From positions 1-25,171 of the IMG/VR virus record IMGVR_UViG_3300030109_001498: DNA of 25,171 nt. One strand, 5' to 3'. Under the pieces are notes generated by a model. The model ran no database searches. It saw nothing but the letters and a program-made list of their open reading frames with translations, and was not told the DNA's origin. The position numbers were made by a program, and so were the translations under genes. Positions 15,631 through 25,171 of this stretch are shown piece after piece. Origin of the DNA: a virus (Duplodnaviria; Caudoviricetes). Numbering within the stretch: the first letter of the stretch is position 1; each line of letters opens with the position of its first letter.

Positions 15631-18600
15631 TTAGTTTTTTCTAACTTTTTCTATGTCTACTGCGTCTAGTGTATTGTCAGTATCAAACTGTATAATTAAG
15701 TTATTGAGTTGTGCATTAGATAAATCATAAACATTTGTTATAGACTCTTTTGTATCTTTATTTATGTATAAAGGTTCTCCGTCAAAGGTTTCAGCACTAC
15801 TAACTTCTTTGTTTATGTCTTGAATACTAACCCCTTTTATGTTTCCTAATGTCATAAGTAGATAAAGTCTTCTTCCTTCATCGTGAGGCTTCTCTTTTAT
15901 AATATCTCCTGATACTGGATCTTTAACGTAATCACTTTGTTCTGAAAATGCTTTTGTTATGTCTTGTCTTACTTCTGTTTGGGCAGAAGCTACTGCTGCT
16001 TTAACTAAATTGAGTCTATCTTCAGGGGTTTTTGCTTGGATATAAGTTTCAGTAGCTTGTATAACAGCCGCTTTTCTTTCAAGTACATCCCATAAATAAC
16101 CGTTTAAGGTATTACCTACTTCTTTAAACTTTGCTGGCATACCTGCTTTCCAATTAGGGTATCCAACTTCATTCATTATCCTTTCAAAGGACGAGGGTGG
16201 CGCATTTAAATAAGCATTAGACCATTTACTTTTTAATTCTCTATATCTAAATGGACTTCTTTTTACAGGAGCTTGTTTAGTATCAAACATAGAGTTTAAT
16301 ATGTTGTCTGTATAAGTTATTAATGTCCAATAGTGTTGGGAATCTCCACTTTTAAATCTAACTGTAGGATCATCTTGTTGTAATTCAATAAAACCATCCA
16401 GCATATCAAAAGCTCTGTATCTTCCTGAAACAGATTTGCTTCCTGTGTTTTGAAGACCATTAATAAAAGATTCAGCTACTCCTTTTTCTCCTGTAAGCAC
16501 ATCAACAAAAGCTCTTCCTACGTCTTCAAGAGTATTATCTAGACCTCTAAATAAATTTGCTGGCCCTAATTGTGTTCCAACATCAAGTAATAGTTCTCTA
16601 GGTATACTTTGATAAAACTCTTGCTGCATAAAGAAAGGGAGCTTGTCTTGTATGTCTCCACCTGCTTCAAATAACGCATCAGTTATAGACGATGCAGATC
16701 TATTTGGATCATCTAATGCTTCTCTTACGTCATTAGCAATTTCACTAAGTTCTTTTTCTGATGGTGTTACTCCCAATCTACCATACGCTACCAATCTACC
16801 TGCTCCTTTAAAGAAAATCTCAGGAAACTTATATGCTTTGTCTAGTATATTACCATCTCTGTCACGACCTTGCTTCCAACTCAGTCCATCTCGTATGTCC
16901 ATAGCCATTTGTTCACTGTTTGCAAAGTGCATTATAATACTTGTGCCTACAATACTTTTAGATAAATGATCTATAAATCTGTTAGGATCAGCAGGGTCTA
17001 TTTTTTTACCCATACTTCTGTCAAATAAATATTTTATTGGGCCAATAGGAGAATGCTCTACCATATATGCTATAGTGTTATTAAAGAACTGACCAAAAGG
17101 TAATTCAATTCCTAAAATAGGAACTCTTCTAATGCCTTCTATCATTAAAGCAACTTGTTGTATGAGTGTACCACCTTGTTCTTTTGATACACCATATTTT
17201 TTAGACCATGTATTCTTTGCTGCTTGATCTGCTGCTTGTAACATTCCTGTAGCATACTCTTCACTTTGTAATATTTTTACTACGTCAGGTGAATTTAATA
17301 ACTCACGATGTGTCATACCGTATCTATTTAAAGCAAATTTATTAAGTCCATAATTTAACTCTACAAATTTAGTAAATACATCTACAGCCTTTGCACCTGC
17401 TGCTATTTGTAAGTAATCAAAAAATTTACCGTCTGCTTTTCTTAGTGTTTCCCCTATAAAAAGACCTTTTTCCATGTCAGCAGGAGTGTTATCTACACCA
17501 CCAATAAAATACTTAACTAAATTTCCAACCGCTTCAGGGTTAGCTTCAAATACCTGATTCATTTCTGCATAAGTAGTATCTGCTTCCCACAAAGATCTCA
17601 TTTTTAAACTATTGCTTTTTAATAAGTTCTTAGCTCTTGTTGCATACTCTCCAGCTTTATCTCCACGCATAGCGAGAAGTTCAAGTCCTGATCTTCCCAT
17701 ATACAAACCCATCTTTACAGCATCAGCAGCAGTTTGAGTAGATGTTGACCACTGCCAACCTTTAATGTTGAGTGCTGTTGTACCTATGTGAGATATCAAA
17801 CCTCTTATATAACCTCCTTGAAAGACATTAACATCATTCATAAGTCTGTTTATAGTTTTTGGTCCGGGTACATCTAAAGCTTTTTTTATAGCTTCTTCTG
17901 GATCTGCTCCTCTTTCTAAATCAACATAAGCAATGTTTCTAAACTCACCTCTTTGTTGCAAAACTTGTGCTGCACTTCTTATTCGTTTTGCATCTAAATC
18001 TACAAACTCTTTTAAAGTTTTACCTTTAAATCTTTCTATATCTAATTTACCTAAAGATTCATCAAACATAGTTTGTAATTCTTTTTGTACGTTCTTAGGC
18101 AAAGCTAACAGCAAATCTCCTGTCCAGTTACTAAAGTTATCTTGATATGTTTTACCGTTTGCGTCTGTAAGTTTACCTCTACCACCCTTTGAGTATCCGA
18201 TACCGTAGTCTTGAAATATATCTAGTATACCTCTTATTCCTAAAGTTTCATCTCCTTTAAAAAATAAATCATAAAACATAAGTTCATCTTCTATTCTCTC
18301 TCCTTTTTGAGTAAAGAAAATTCTTTCACCTCGCTTTGCTTTGTCAGCAAAAGAAGAAAGAACTAATGTATTACCTTGTATTCTTTCAATAAGTTTATCC
18401 CATGTTTCCGCAGGAACTTTGTCAACAGCTTCTTTCATATTTAAAGTAGCAAATTTATTATCTTGTAGCTTACTTAAATTTAAGTAATTATCGTAGATAA
18501 GAGGATGCTTTACATTTTCAATTACGCCACCTCTTCTAATCATATTAGTTGCTACAATTGGACCACTGCCAAGCGCACCAAATGCAGCTAGTAAACCTAT

Positions 18601-19962
18601 CTCACCTTTCGAAATAGCGTTTCTAGATCCTAATTCCATTTGTGTTAATTGGTCAGTGAAGTTTGCAAATCCAGCACCTGTAGCTTCAACAGTTGATGTT
18701 GCTAATACGTCACTTCCTGTTACACCCCAGAAGATACGCTTTTTTTCGCTTGTAGTTGCCCGGTCTACAACCTTATTTTGAAGTTTTCTTTTTGCAGTAG
18801 AGTATCTTAAAAGAAGTGAATTCTTTGCTGCTTGACTCATGTTTGTTTTGTTTTTAATAGCATCTTCTATCGAATCATCGTCATTAATTTTATATTTTTT
18901 CTTAAACCTTCTATCAAATTTTTGTATATGTTTTGCAGACATTCGGTTTACTGTAGCTTTACCAAACGCAACTGATGCTGCTCTTCCAATTACTGCACTA
19001 AAAATAGTAGTTGGGTCAAGTGCAACAGTAGCTACACCGTTTAATATAGCTTTTATTTTTTCTTCTTTGGTAAGGTTTGGACTAGCAATAGATCCTTTAT
19101 GCTCCTTCCAAAGAACATCTGCTAGATAAGCATCTATTCTTTGTCGTGTATTGTAAGAGTCAACCATTGCATTTTGTTGCAAGTGTGATAAAGTATTATC
19201 TAAGTATCTTCCTCTTGCCTCTTTATCCCAGTTGTTTATTATTTCTTCTCTGGATACAGTGTTTCCGTTTTTATCTTTAAAGCCTTCTCTTAACCCTGTT
19301 CTATTAAATTCTGCTTTTGCTATATAATGATACAACCTATCGTCTTTAAAGTGAGATAAGTTTAAACCCGGATCTAATTCTTGATTTGAATCTCTTGCCC
19401 AAGTATCCCAGTAAGCTTGTTGAGATCTATCAGTTTTAGTTCCTACAAAATTTGAATCATCTAGTGGTACACCTAACGCATTCTTTGCTCTGTTTACAAA
19501 AAACGAAGGTGACTCCCAGCCTAACCATCTTGTTTCATCGTCTGTGTTGATATAATCAATTTCACCTGTATCAGGGTCTACTGCTTTAGCATTAACTTCT
19601 CTTCTTTTTTCTGCAGCAAGCCTGTTAAGTTCTTGTCTAGACTCTTCTAGTTCTGATTCAGTTGGCTTTCTAAAAGAACGAGCAAGTAAAATATCTGTAG
19701 ATGGCTCTTCTAAAGGTCTAAGTAAAGCTTCTCTTGATTTTTTTGAAGTAGGTGTACCTGTTCCAAAAGCTTCTTTACCTTCTTCAGTTCCTCTAAAAGC
19801 ACCTGCAGTTGTTCCAGCACGATAACCTTTATTGATTTGTTCTTGAGTTCTAAGTGCTAAGTTTGACTCATCATACTTTCTAAAGTAACTGGGTACATTT
19901 TTAGTAGTAAGCCTTGACCAGAAATTATTTAAAGCACTTTCATTATTTTTTTCAGCCATCAA
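15631..19962 (-). CDS. large internal virion / ejection protein (1443 aa, T7 gp16-like role)
   Basis: Size, last position in the late block, helical composition and G/A-rich hydrophobic stretches (VATVALDPTTIFSAVIG; IGLLAAFGALG); function inferred. Confidence 0.6.
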   Translation of the reverse strand: MMAEKNNESALNNFWSRLTTKNVPSYFRKYDESNLALRTQEQINKGYRAGTTAGAFRGTEEGKEAFGTGTPTSKKSREALLRPLEEPSTDILLARSFRKPTESELEESRQELNRLAAEKRREVNAKAVDPDTGEIDYINTDDETRWLGWESPSFFVNRAKNALGVPLDDSNFVGTKTDRSQQAYWDTWARDSNQELDPGLNLSHFKDDRLYHYIAKAEFNRTGLREGFKDKNGNTVSREEIINNWDKEARGRYLDNTLSHLQQNAMVDSYNTRQRIDAYLADVLWKEHKGSIASPNLTKEEKIKAILNGVATVALDPTTIFSAVIGRAASVAFGKATVNRMSAKHIQKFDRRFKKKYKINDDDSIEDAIKNKTNMSQAAKNSLLLRYSTAKRKLQNKVVDRATTSEKKRIFWGVTGSDVLATSTVEATGAGFANFTDQLTQMELGSRNAISKGEIGLLAAFGALGSGPIVATNMIRRGGVIENVKHPLIYDNYLNLSKLQDNKFATLNMKEAVDKVPAETWDKLIERIQGNTLVLSSFADKAKRGERIFFTQKGERIEDELMFYDLFFKGDETLGIRGILDIFQDYGIGYSKGGRGKLTDANGKTYQDNFSNWTGDLLLALPKNVQKELQTMFDESLGKLDIERFKGKTLKEFVDLDAKRIRSAAQVLQQRGEFRNIAYVDLERGADPEEAIKKALDVPGPKTINRLMNDVNVFQGGYIRGLISHIGTTALNIKGWQWSTSTQTAADAVKMGLYMGRSGLELLAMRGDKAGEYATRAKNLLKSNSLKMRSLWEADTTYAEMNQVFEANPEAVGNLVKYFIGGVDNTPADMEKGLFIGETLRKADGKFFDYLQIAAGAKAVDVFTKFVELNYGLNKFALNRYGMTHRELLNSPDVVKILQSEEYATGMLQAADQAAKNTWSKKYGVSKEQGGTLIQQVALMIEGIRRVPILGIELPFGQFFNNTIAYMVEHSPIGPIKYLFDRSMGKKIDPADPNRFIDHLSKSIVGTSIIMHFANSEQMAMDIRDGLSWKQGRDRDGNILDKAYKFPEIFFKGAGRLVAYGRLGVTPSEKELSEIANDVREALDDPNRSASSITDALFEAGGDIQDKLPFFMQQEFYQSIPRELLLDVGTQLGPANLFRGLDNTLEDVGRAFVDVLTGEKGVAESFINGLQNTGSKSVSGRYRAFDMLDGFIELQQDDPTVRFKSGDSQHYWTLITYTDNILNSMFDTKQAPVKRSPFRYRELKSKWSNAYLNAPPSSFERIMNEVGYPNWKAGMPAKFKEVGNTLNGYLWDVLERKAAVIQATETYIQAKTPEDRLNLVKAAVASAQTEVRQDITKAFSEQSDYVKDPVSGDIIKEKPHDEGRRLYLLMTLGNIKGVSIQDINKEVSSAETFDGEPLYINKDTKESITNVYDLSNAQLNNLIIQFDTDNTLDAVDIEKVRKN

Positions 19963-21145
19963 AACCTCTTACTAAAGCAGATCCCATTACTAATTCATCA
20001 CCTATAAATACAAAATTATCTGTTATAATATTATTTGCATCTGTTCTTTGTAATGGATACATACCTATATAATAGTTGTTACCACTTTTTGATATTTTAT
20101 TTGTGGCTTCTTCTCTAGAATTAAACTTAGGCAGACTATCTAAGTATCGTTTATAATTTTCTTTAAAAGAAGTTGAGTAATTTACATTATCAAATATAAG
20201 TCTTGGATCACTATTATATGCAGTTGCAAATAAATCGTAAGCTGACATTATACCTCTTCCGTGTGTCGTAAATGTAGGCACACTACCATCAGGATTTCTT
20301 AACTCTGGAACTGTTTTCATTTGTTCTAGTATTGCATTGTTTATACTTTCTATTACATTAGCAAACTGTTCTATTCCTGTTCCGCTTGATATATTTAAGT
20401 TTTTTAGCTGTTGTAGTTTTTGATTAAATCCTAATCTTTCTAAATCATTTTCTGGAAGAGCTACATTCTCTAGTCTTGTTATAAGATTTTCTTGATCTGC
20501 TTCTGCACTATTTTCTTTGCGTTCATTAAAAGCATTAAGAACAGTAGGATCAAGTCTAACATCAGGAAATTTTATATCGTCTAGTGTAGTATCTCCAGAG
20601 TAAGGACTACCAATGCTAGAAAAAGCTGCCTGAGTTTGTGACTGACTCAATTCTCCTAAAGGACCAGTAGCTGTAATAGGTTGTTCACCTACTCTACCTA
20701 ATCCAATCATGTGAGCTATCCAAGAAGCTTTATTGTTTTTTGCACTTCCTCCACGAGGTATAACATTTAAGGCTCTCTTTAATGCATCATTAAAATCTAC
20801 GTCTGCTCCGTCTGCATATGCACTTGCAGCTTTGTACAGTTCTTGAAAGTCTTTAGGTGTAAGGTCATCTCTTTTTGCTACAGTATTAACAAAGGTTTTT
20901 AAACCCGGCATTTTTCCATCTTTATAAGCTCCTTGTAATGCACTCTTAGGAATATTTAAAGCACTAGCTTTATTCAAAATATCAGTTAGATCTTCTACCT
21001 CTTCGTTATAATTTTTAGTAATAGCAGCACCCATCTTGGTAGCTTTATTTTTATTGTCTGTGTAATTAGCACGAGTCCACTTTGTATTTTCTAGAATACG
21101 TGTATCAATAACATCGCCTAATCCACTAAAAAAACCTGCTCCCAT
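19952..21145 (-). CDS. putative internal virion protein (397 aa)
   Basis: MGAGFFSGLG N-terminus typical of ejection-type proteins; GGGAG RBS; position upstream of the large virion gene. Confidence 0.55.
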   Translation of the reverse strand: MGAGFFSGLGDVIDTRILENTKWTRANYTDNKNKATKMGAAITKNYNEEVEDLTDILNKASALNIPKSALQGAYKDGKMPGLKTFVNTVAKRDDLTPKDFQELYKAASAYADGADVDFNDALKRALNVIPRGGSAKNNKASWIAHMIGLGRVGEQPITATGPLGELSQSQTQAAFSSIGSPYSGDTTLDDIKFPDVRLDPTVLNAFNERKENSAEADQENLITRLENVALPENDLERLGFNQKLQQLKNLNISSGTGIEQFANVIESINNAILEQMKTVPELRNPDGSVPTFTTHGRGIMSAYDLFATAYNSDPRLIFDNVNYSTSFKENYKRYLDSLPKFNSREEATNKISKSGNNYYIGMYPLQRTDANNIITDNFVFIGDELVMGSALVRGFDG

Positions 21146-21900
21146 TATACTGTCTCCCTACTCATTAAACCTCTTTTAGGTTTTTCTTCTGCCATTATAG
21201 GATTCTCGTCTGAACCTAAAGGAAATGGATTAAAAGGACCACCCTCTTCTGGTGGTGCAGCCTCATCTATCTTAGGTTTATTTTTTTCTATGAGGTCATC
21301 AAGTCTGTCCATTTCATCATTTCTATCACGCATTATAGGAGGAGGATCAGAAAAACCCGGATTTAAATCTTCAGTTTGATCAAAGTCAAAGTTACCTTCA
21401 GCTAAATAATCAAGTGCGTCAGTAAATAAATTGTCTTCATCTACATACTCATCCATATCGGGTACATCATCAGGTAAATCATTTAGTTGTTTTTCTATTA
21501 ATGCTTCAAGATGATCTACTTCAGCTTGGTTCTGTAAGTTATTGTCTTCTTCCATTCCAGTTTTAAAATCTATTCCTGCTGCTTCTACAGTTGTAAGTAA
21601 ATGTTTAAAAATAGCAGGTCGTGCAGCTTCACTACTGTCTATAGTGTGTATGCCATCTGATACTGCATCTGTAAGAATAGTATTAGTTAACGCCATAAGT
21701 GGAAACCCTAGCTGTGCTAACTTTATTGTACTTTCTATAGCCTGATCTTCATTAAGTTTAGATAAGTGGTACTTAATTACCTCATCTATTTTTGTATAGA
21801 CAACAGGATTTTCCCAAGGGAATACTCTTCTATCTGTGCTTGTCCATGACATACCGGGTACAGGAGCAGTCAATATTTTTTGTCTTACTTCATCACTCAT
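21145..21900 (-). CDS. putative virion-associated protein (251 aa)
   Basis: APVPGMS...PWENP N-terminus, acidic C-terminal half, KRGLMSR tail; lies in the late operon. Confidence 0.6.
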   Translation of the reverse strand: MSDEVRQKILTAPVPGMSWTSTDRRVFPWENPVVYTKIDEVIKYHLSKLNEDQAIESTIKLAQLGFPLMALTNTILTDAVSDGIHTIDSSEAARPAIFKHLLTTVEAAGIDFKTGMEEDNNLQNQAEVDHLEALIEKQLNDLPDDVPDMDEYVDEDNLFTDALDYLAEGNFDFDQTEDLNPGFSDPPPIMRDRNDEMDRLDDLIEKNKPKIDEAAPPEEGGPFNPFPLGSDENPIMAEEKPKRGLMSRETV

Positions 21901-22039
21901 TATCTTCTTCCATTACTTGAGGTAAATCTACCATAAAAGATGCTACTTCTATAGCTTGAATTTGTGAGTCATTCACACGATATGTAGCTACATCTTGTTG
22001 TTTAGGTTTTCGTCTAGGTACGAGAGGGTTATCTTTCAT
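21893..22039 (-). CDS. hypothetical protein (48 aa); not in ORF track
   Basis: MKDNPLVPRRKPKQQDVATYRVNDSQIQAIEVASFMVDLPQVMEEDNE; fills the gap and overlaps both neighbours. Confidence 0.6.
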   Translation of the reverse strand: MKDNPLVPRRKPKQQDVATYRVNDSQIQAIEVASFMVDLPQVMEEDNE

Positions 22040-22967
22040 CGTATACGTCCATACTATTTAATTCAGCCCATCTTAGTGCTTGAGATCTTTTTGTAGGTAT
22101 TACTTTGTATGTATCAAATTGTTTTCTGTAGTCGTAGCTATTGTAAGTTGTATTCCACGACACTGCTCTTCCTGTAAACAAATGATTTCCTATTTGGAAT
22201 CTGTTAGTCTTTGCTCTTTTTAATTCTTCGTTATACCAATAAGGAGGTGAAGTTAATTTGTATTTACCTTTATTAGCGTAATAATGATTAGATCCATAAG
22301 TAGGATCAGTTATTCTACCATCAAGTACCGCTATAGATATGTTTCTAGCATTTTCATAATCAGGATCATTTTTGTTTACATATACATTTTTCATGTCAGT
22401 ATAATCTTGACTCACATTCCAAGCACTAAATTGTTCAGCGTCTAATAGTATGTCAGTAAGATTTTCTTCACCACCGTGTTGAGATACAAGTCTGTTTAAA
22501 GCTACATGAGCTACTGCTGCTTGTCCTAACACAGATTCACTTCTAGCTTCTGCAGCTATTGTTCTAGCTAATACATCTAAATCATTTTGTGTTACAGTAA
22601 ATGTTCTACCATTACTACTTTGAATGTCCCACGTTTTTTCTTCAAGTTCTTCTTGATCTTGTACAACAGACGTATCTCCTTGTGGTACAAACTCACTTAC
22701 TGTATCTGCTATTTCGTTGTAAGCTGATGGCACAGGGTTACCACCAAGTATATTATCGTCTTCTGGATCAGAGTCATCTATAATAGGATCAATTAATGTA
22801 CTAGCTTTTGTACGTATATTTTCACCTTTTTTAGGTAAATTACCATGTAGTCTTTGAATAAGTGAATCAGCTACACCTGCAACGCCTCCACCTTCAGGAC
22901 GAGTTAGACCTTCTGCAATAGAGTTAAGTCCTTGATAACCCCTATTAAACATCTTATTAAAGTCCAT
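22029..22967 (-). CDS. SleB/Hydrolase_2-type cell-wall hydrolase, probably virion-associated
   Basis: LARTIAAEARSE...AVAHVALNR...QFSAWN...DPTYGSNHYY...IGNHLF, preceded by about 120 aa of low-complexity N-terminus. Confidence 0.85.
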   Translation of the reverse strand: MDFNKMFNRGYQGLNSIAEGLTRPEGGGVAGVADSLIQRLHGNLPKKGENIRTKASTLIDPIIDDSDPEDDNILGGNPVPSAYNEIADTVSEFVPQGDTSVVQDQEELEEKTWDIQSSNGRTFTVTQNDLDVLARTIAAEARSESVLGQAAVAHVALNRLVSQHGGEENLTDILLDAEQFSAWNVSQDYTDMKNVYVNKNDPDYENARNISIAVLDGRITDPTYGSNHYYANKGKYKLTSPPYWYNEELKRAKTNRFQIGNHLFTGRAVSWNTTYNSYDYRKQFDTYKVIPTKRSQALRWAELNSMDVYDER

Positions 22968-25078
22968 TATACTGATCCACCTGTGAGGTAGTTAATACCT
23001 GTAGCTTTACCTAGTACACCCATTAATAAATTACCAAACAATTTTCCTTTACCTATATTGTCGTACAGTTCTGCTTTTTGTTCACCACTTAGTTTTTGTA
23101 TTGCAATGTTAACTGCTCTATCTGCTGCACTTTCTGATGCAGTAAAAGCAAAAGACATTAAGTCTCTTTCTCTTTGCCATATCTGATCTATAGCGTTACC
23201 AGTTAATCCATTTATAGTTCTAGCAAACTCTAAGTTAGCTGCATTTTGTGCAGCAGTATCTGCAGTAGAAACACTTTGTCTCCACTGAGCATTAGCTTGT
23301 GCTATAACTAAAGCATTCTGTGCATTAAACTGATCTCTTTGATTCTCTAGTTCAGCATTAAATCTTTGTAGTGTACTCAAGTTTTCGGCATCGAACTGAG
23401 CCATAGCGTTAGTTTGTGTTGAATTAAATTGATTAGCTTGTGATGCTAGACTTTGAAAGAACTGTTGAGTTTGATTCTCTGATGTAGCGTTAAATTGATT
23501 GGCTGCATTTATGGCAGCTTGGTCAGTAAACAAAGATTGAAGCACAGATTGTTGAGTAAACATTCCAGTTTGTTGTTCGTTACTTAGGTTCTGCATATCC
23601 ATTTGCATAAAGTTTTGTGCATTCATAACTGCAGCTTGTTGTCTATTAGAAAGATTAGTCATGTCTAACTGAGACAGAGCAGCAGCTTCAGCCATTACAT
23701 TAGCTTGTCTATTATTTAAATTAGAAATATTCATAGTGTTTACTGCACGACTATTCTCTAGTGCAACTTGTTGGTCTGCAGTAAAGTTCATGTTAGCTAT
23801 GTCACCTATACGTGCAGAGTTCTGTACTCTTGCTTGGAATGCTTGGTCAAACTCCATGCCCATAAATGTAGCACGTTGTTGTGCTGCAAGCATAGCACGT
23901 TGTTGTCTGTTTGACAAGTTCTGTGTTTCAAATTGTGCAACTATTTGTGCATCAGCTTGAGCTATAGGTAGTGCAGCTTCCATAGCAGCCTGTACAATAG
24001 CCTGTCCAGCCATGCTAGATGCACCTAACCCACGTTGTGCCATAGCTGCTGTAGCGGCTCTCATAGCCCCTGCAGCCCACGATGGTGTAGCTCCACCCTC
24101 AAAGTCATCCATAAGTGTATTGAGTTGTCCTTGTACAGTAGCTTGAGCAGAGGGGGTTGCAGTAGCAGCTTGTACTTGTTCACTGAAAGCAGAGGCAGTA
24201 GCAGCATTTGCTGCACCACTAACAAGTTCTCCTGTTTGTATACTACGTTGTACAGGATTATTCATTAGTGTAGCTGTACCTTGAGCAGCATTTAAATCAG
24301 ATACTGCTGTAGTAGTAGCTGTTTGTCCTACAGCTTGCGCTCCAGTAGATACTGTTCCTTGTGCTGCCGTCATAGCATCGGTAGCAGTTTTTACTTCAGG
24401 TGCAGCAGTAGCTGCTGTCATAATTCCTTGAGGTGTTTGAGCAACAGGTGTAGTTACTTGTGATGTAGTAGTTGATGTAGGTGTAGCAACTGAGGGTGCA
24501 GCACCTGATACAGCCCCTGTTCCTGCAGCAATAGTTTGATCTGCACCTGAAGCAATAGGTGCTACAGTAGCAGGTGTTATAACTTTAGAAGGATCACCAT
24601 ATACGTTAGATATAGTAGTAGCTTGATCTGTAGCTAGTTTTTGTAAAGCTTCTTGTTGTTTACGTATTCTTTCTACTTCTACAGGATCAGGAGCTACAAG
24701 TTCAGTTACAGCAGATGTAGTTGCTCCACCAGTTTGAAAACCTCTAACATTACGATTGTTTTGAGGTAAAGGAAACCTTTGTTGCATCTTGTTGGCTGTA
24801 GCAGCTTGTTGATCTACACTAAACTCAGAAAACTCAGGATTATCTTTCATTTCTTCTTTAACTTGTGGATCACTTAACTCATCAGGAGAAAAAATAAATC
24901 CACCTTTGGCTGCTTGAAAAGGTTTTCCACTTAAAAACTGCTCATAAACATTCATTCTTTCAGCTACAACAGGGTCGCTCATTAATTCTTCTACATCTAT
25001 CTCAGTTAAAGGCGTATTAATATTAAACATACGTGATAATATTGTAGCTCTATTGTCTGATAAGGTTTTCATTGCCAT
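22967..25078 (-). CDS. A/Q/N/T-rich virion protein (703 aa) with 11/22-residue repeats; candidate DNA-ejection tube/pilot protein
   Basis: A/T/P-rich linker, NLSNRQQ repeats at 22-aa spacing, QF repeats at 11-aa spacing, hydrophobic G-rich C-terminus. Confidence 0.65.
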   Translation of the reverse strand: MAMKTLSDNRATILSRMFNINTPLTEIDVEELMSDPVVAERMNVYEQFLSGKPFQAAKGGFIFSPDELSDPQVKEEMKDNPEFSEFSVDQQAATANKMQQRFPLPQNNRNVRGFQTGGATTSAVTELVAPDPVEVERIRKQQEALQKLATDQATTISNVYGDPSKVITPATVAPIASGADQTIAAGTGAVSGAAPSVATPTSTTTSQVTTPVAQTPQGIMTAATAAPEVKTATDAMTAAQGTVSTGAQAVGQTATTTAVSDLNAAQGTATLMNNPVQRSIQTGELVSGAANAATASAFSEQVQAATATPSAQATVQGQLNTLMDDFEGGATPSWAAGAMRAATAAMAQRGLGASSMAGQAIVQAAMEAALPIAQADAQIVAQFETQNLSNRQQRAMLAAQQRATFMGMEFDQAFQARVQNSARIGDIANMNFTADQQVALENSRAVNTMNISNLNNRQANVMAEAAALSQLDMTNLSNRQQAAVMNAQNFMQMDMQNLSNEQQTGMFTQQSVLQSLFTDQAAINAANQFNATSENQTQQFFQSLASQANQFNSTQTNAMAQFDAENLSTLQRFNAELENQRDQFNAQNALVIAQANAQWRQSVSTADTAAQNAANLEFARTINGLTGNAIDQIWQRERDLMSFAFTASESAADRAVNIAIQKLSGEQKAELYDNIGKGKLFGNLLMGVLGKATGINYLTGGSV

Positions 25079-25090
25079 TCGTTTTTATCC

Positions 25091-25171
25091 TTAATCCTTA
25101 GATGCTATACGCTCTACGTGAGTTCGTATTGCTTTTATGTTCTCATCTATTCGTGCTAAAGCTACAGCTTG
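25091..25171 (-). CDS. 3' end of an upstream late gene (partial, coiled-coil)
   Basis: QAVALARIDENIKAIRTHVERIASKD*, followed by the AGGA RBS of the 703-aa gene. Confidence 0.6.
   Translation of the reverse strand, partial: QAVALARIDENIKAIRTHVERIASKD

Noticed and set aside
16643-24268. Plus-strand ORFs inside the late genes (16643, 17933, 18839, 21542, 22601, 23736, 24035)
   Set aside because: Antisense to long, coherent virion genes; composition typical of reverse-frame artefacts

Overview
The window is a densely coding, AT-rich piece of a marine podovirus genome, best matching the HMO-2011-type group (SAR116/roseobacter phages). That call rests on a family A DNA polymerase with a DnaJ-type CxxCxGxG zinc-finger insertion and on the gene order integrase, primase, helicase, PolA, SSB, exonuclease, endonuclease I, MazG, RNR. 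The + strand (1-15630) holds an early region of about 20 small, mostly overlapping genes (nine missed by the supplied ORF track), then integration, replication and nucleotide-metabolism genes. The - strand (15631-25171) holds a convergent late block of probable internal virion/ejection proteins, including a SleB-type cell-wall hydrolase and a Q/N-rich protein with strict 11/22-residue periodicity. The most interesting leads are a Tad1/Acb2-like hairpin protein after the RNR, an unannotated ArfA-like peptide, a protein ending in the SspB ClpX-docking motif LRVVK, near-identical repeats at early gene junctions, a hendecad DNA-tube candidate, and an HNH gene flanked by a 7-bp duplication. All homology calls come from motif recognition by eye; no database searches were run.
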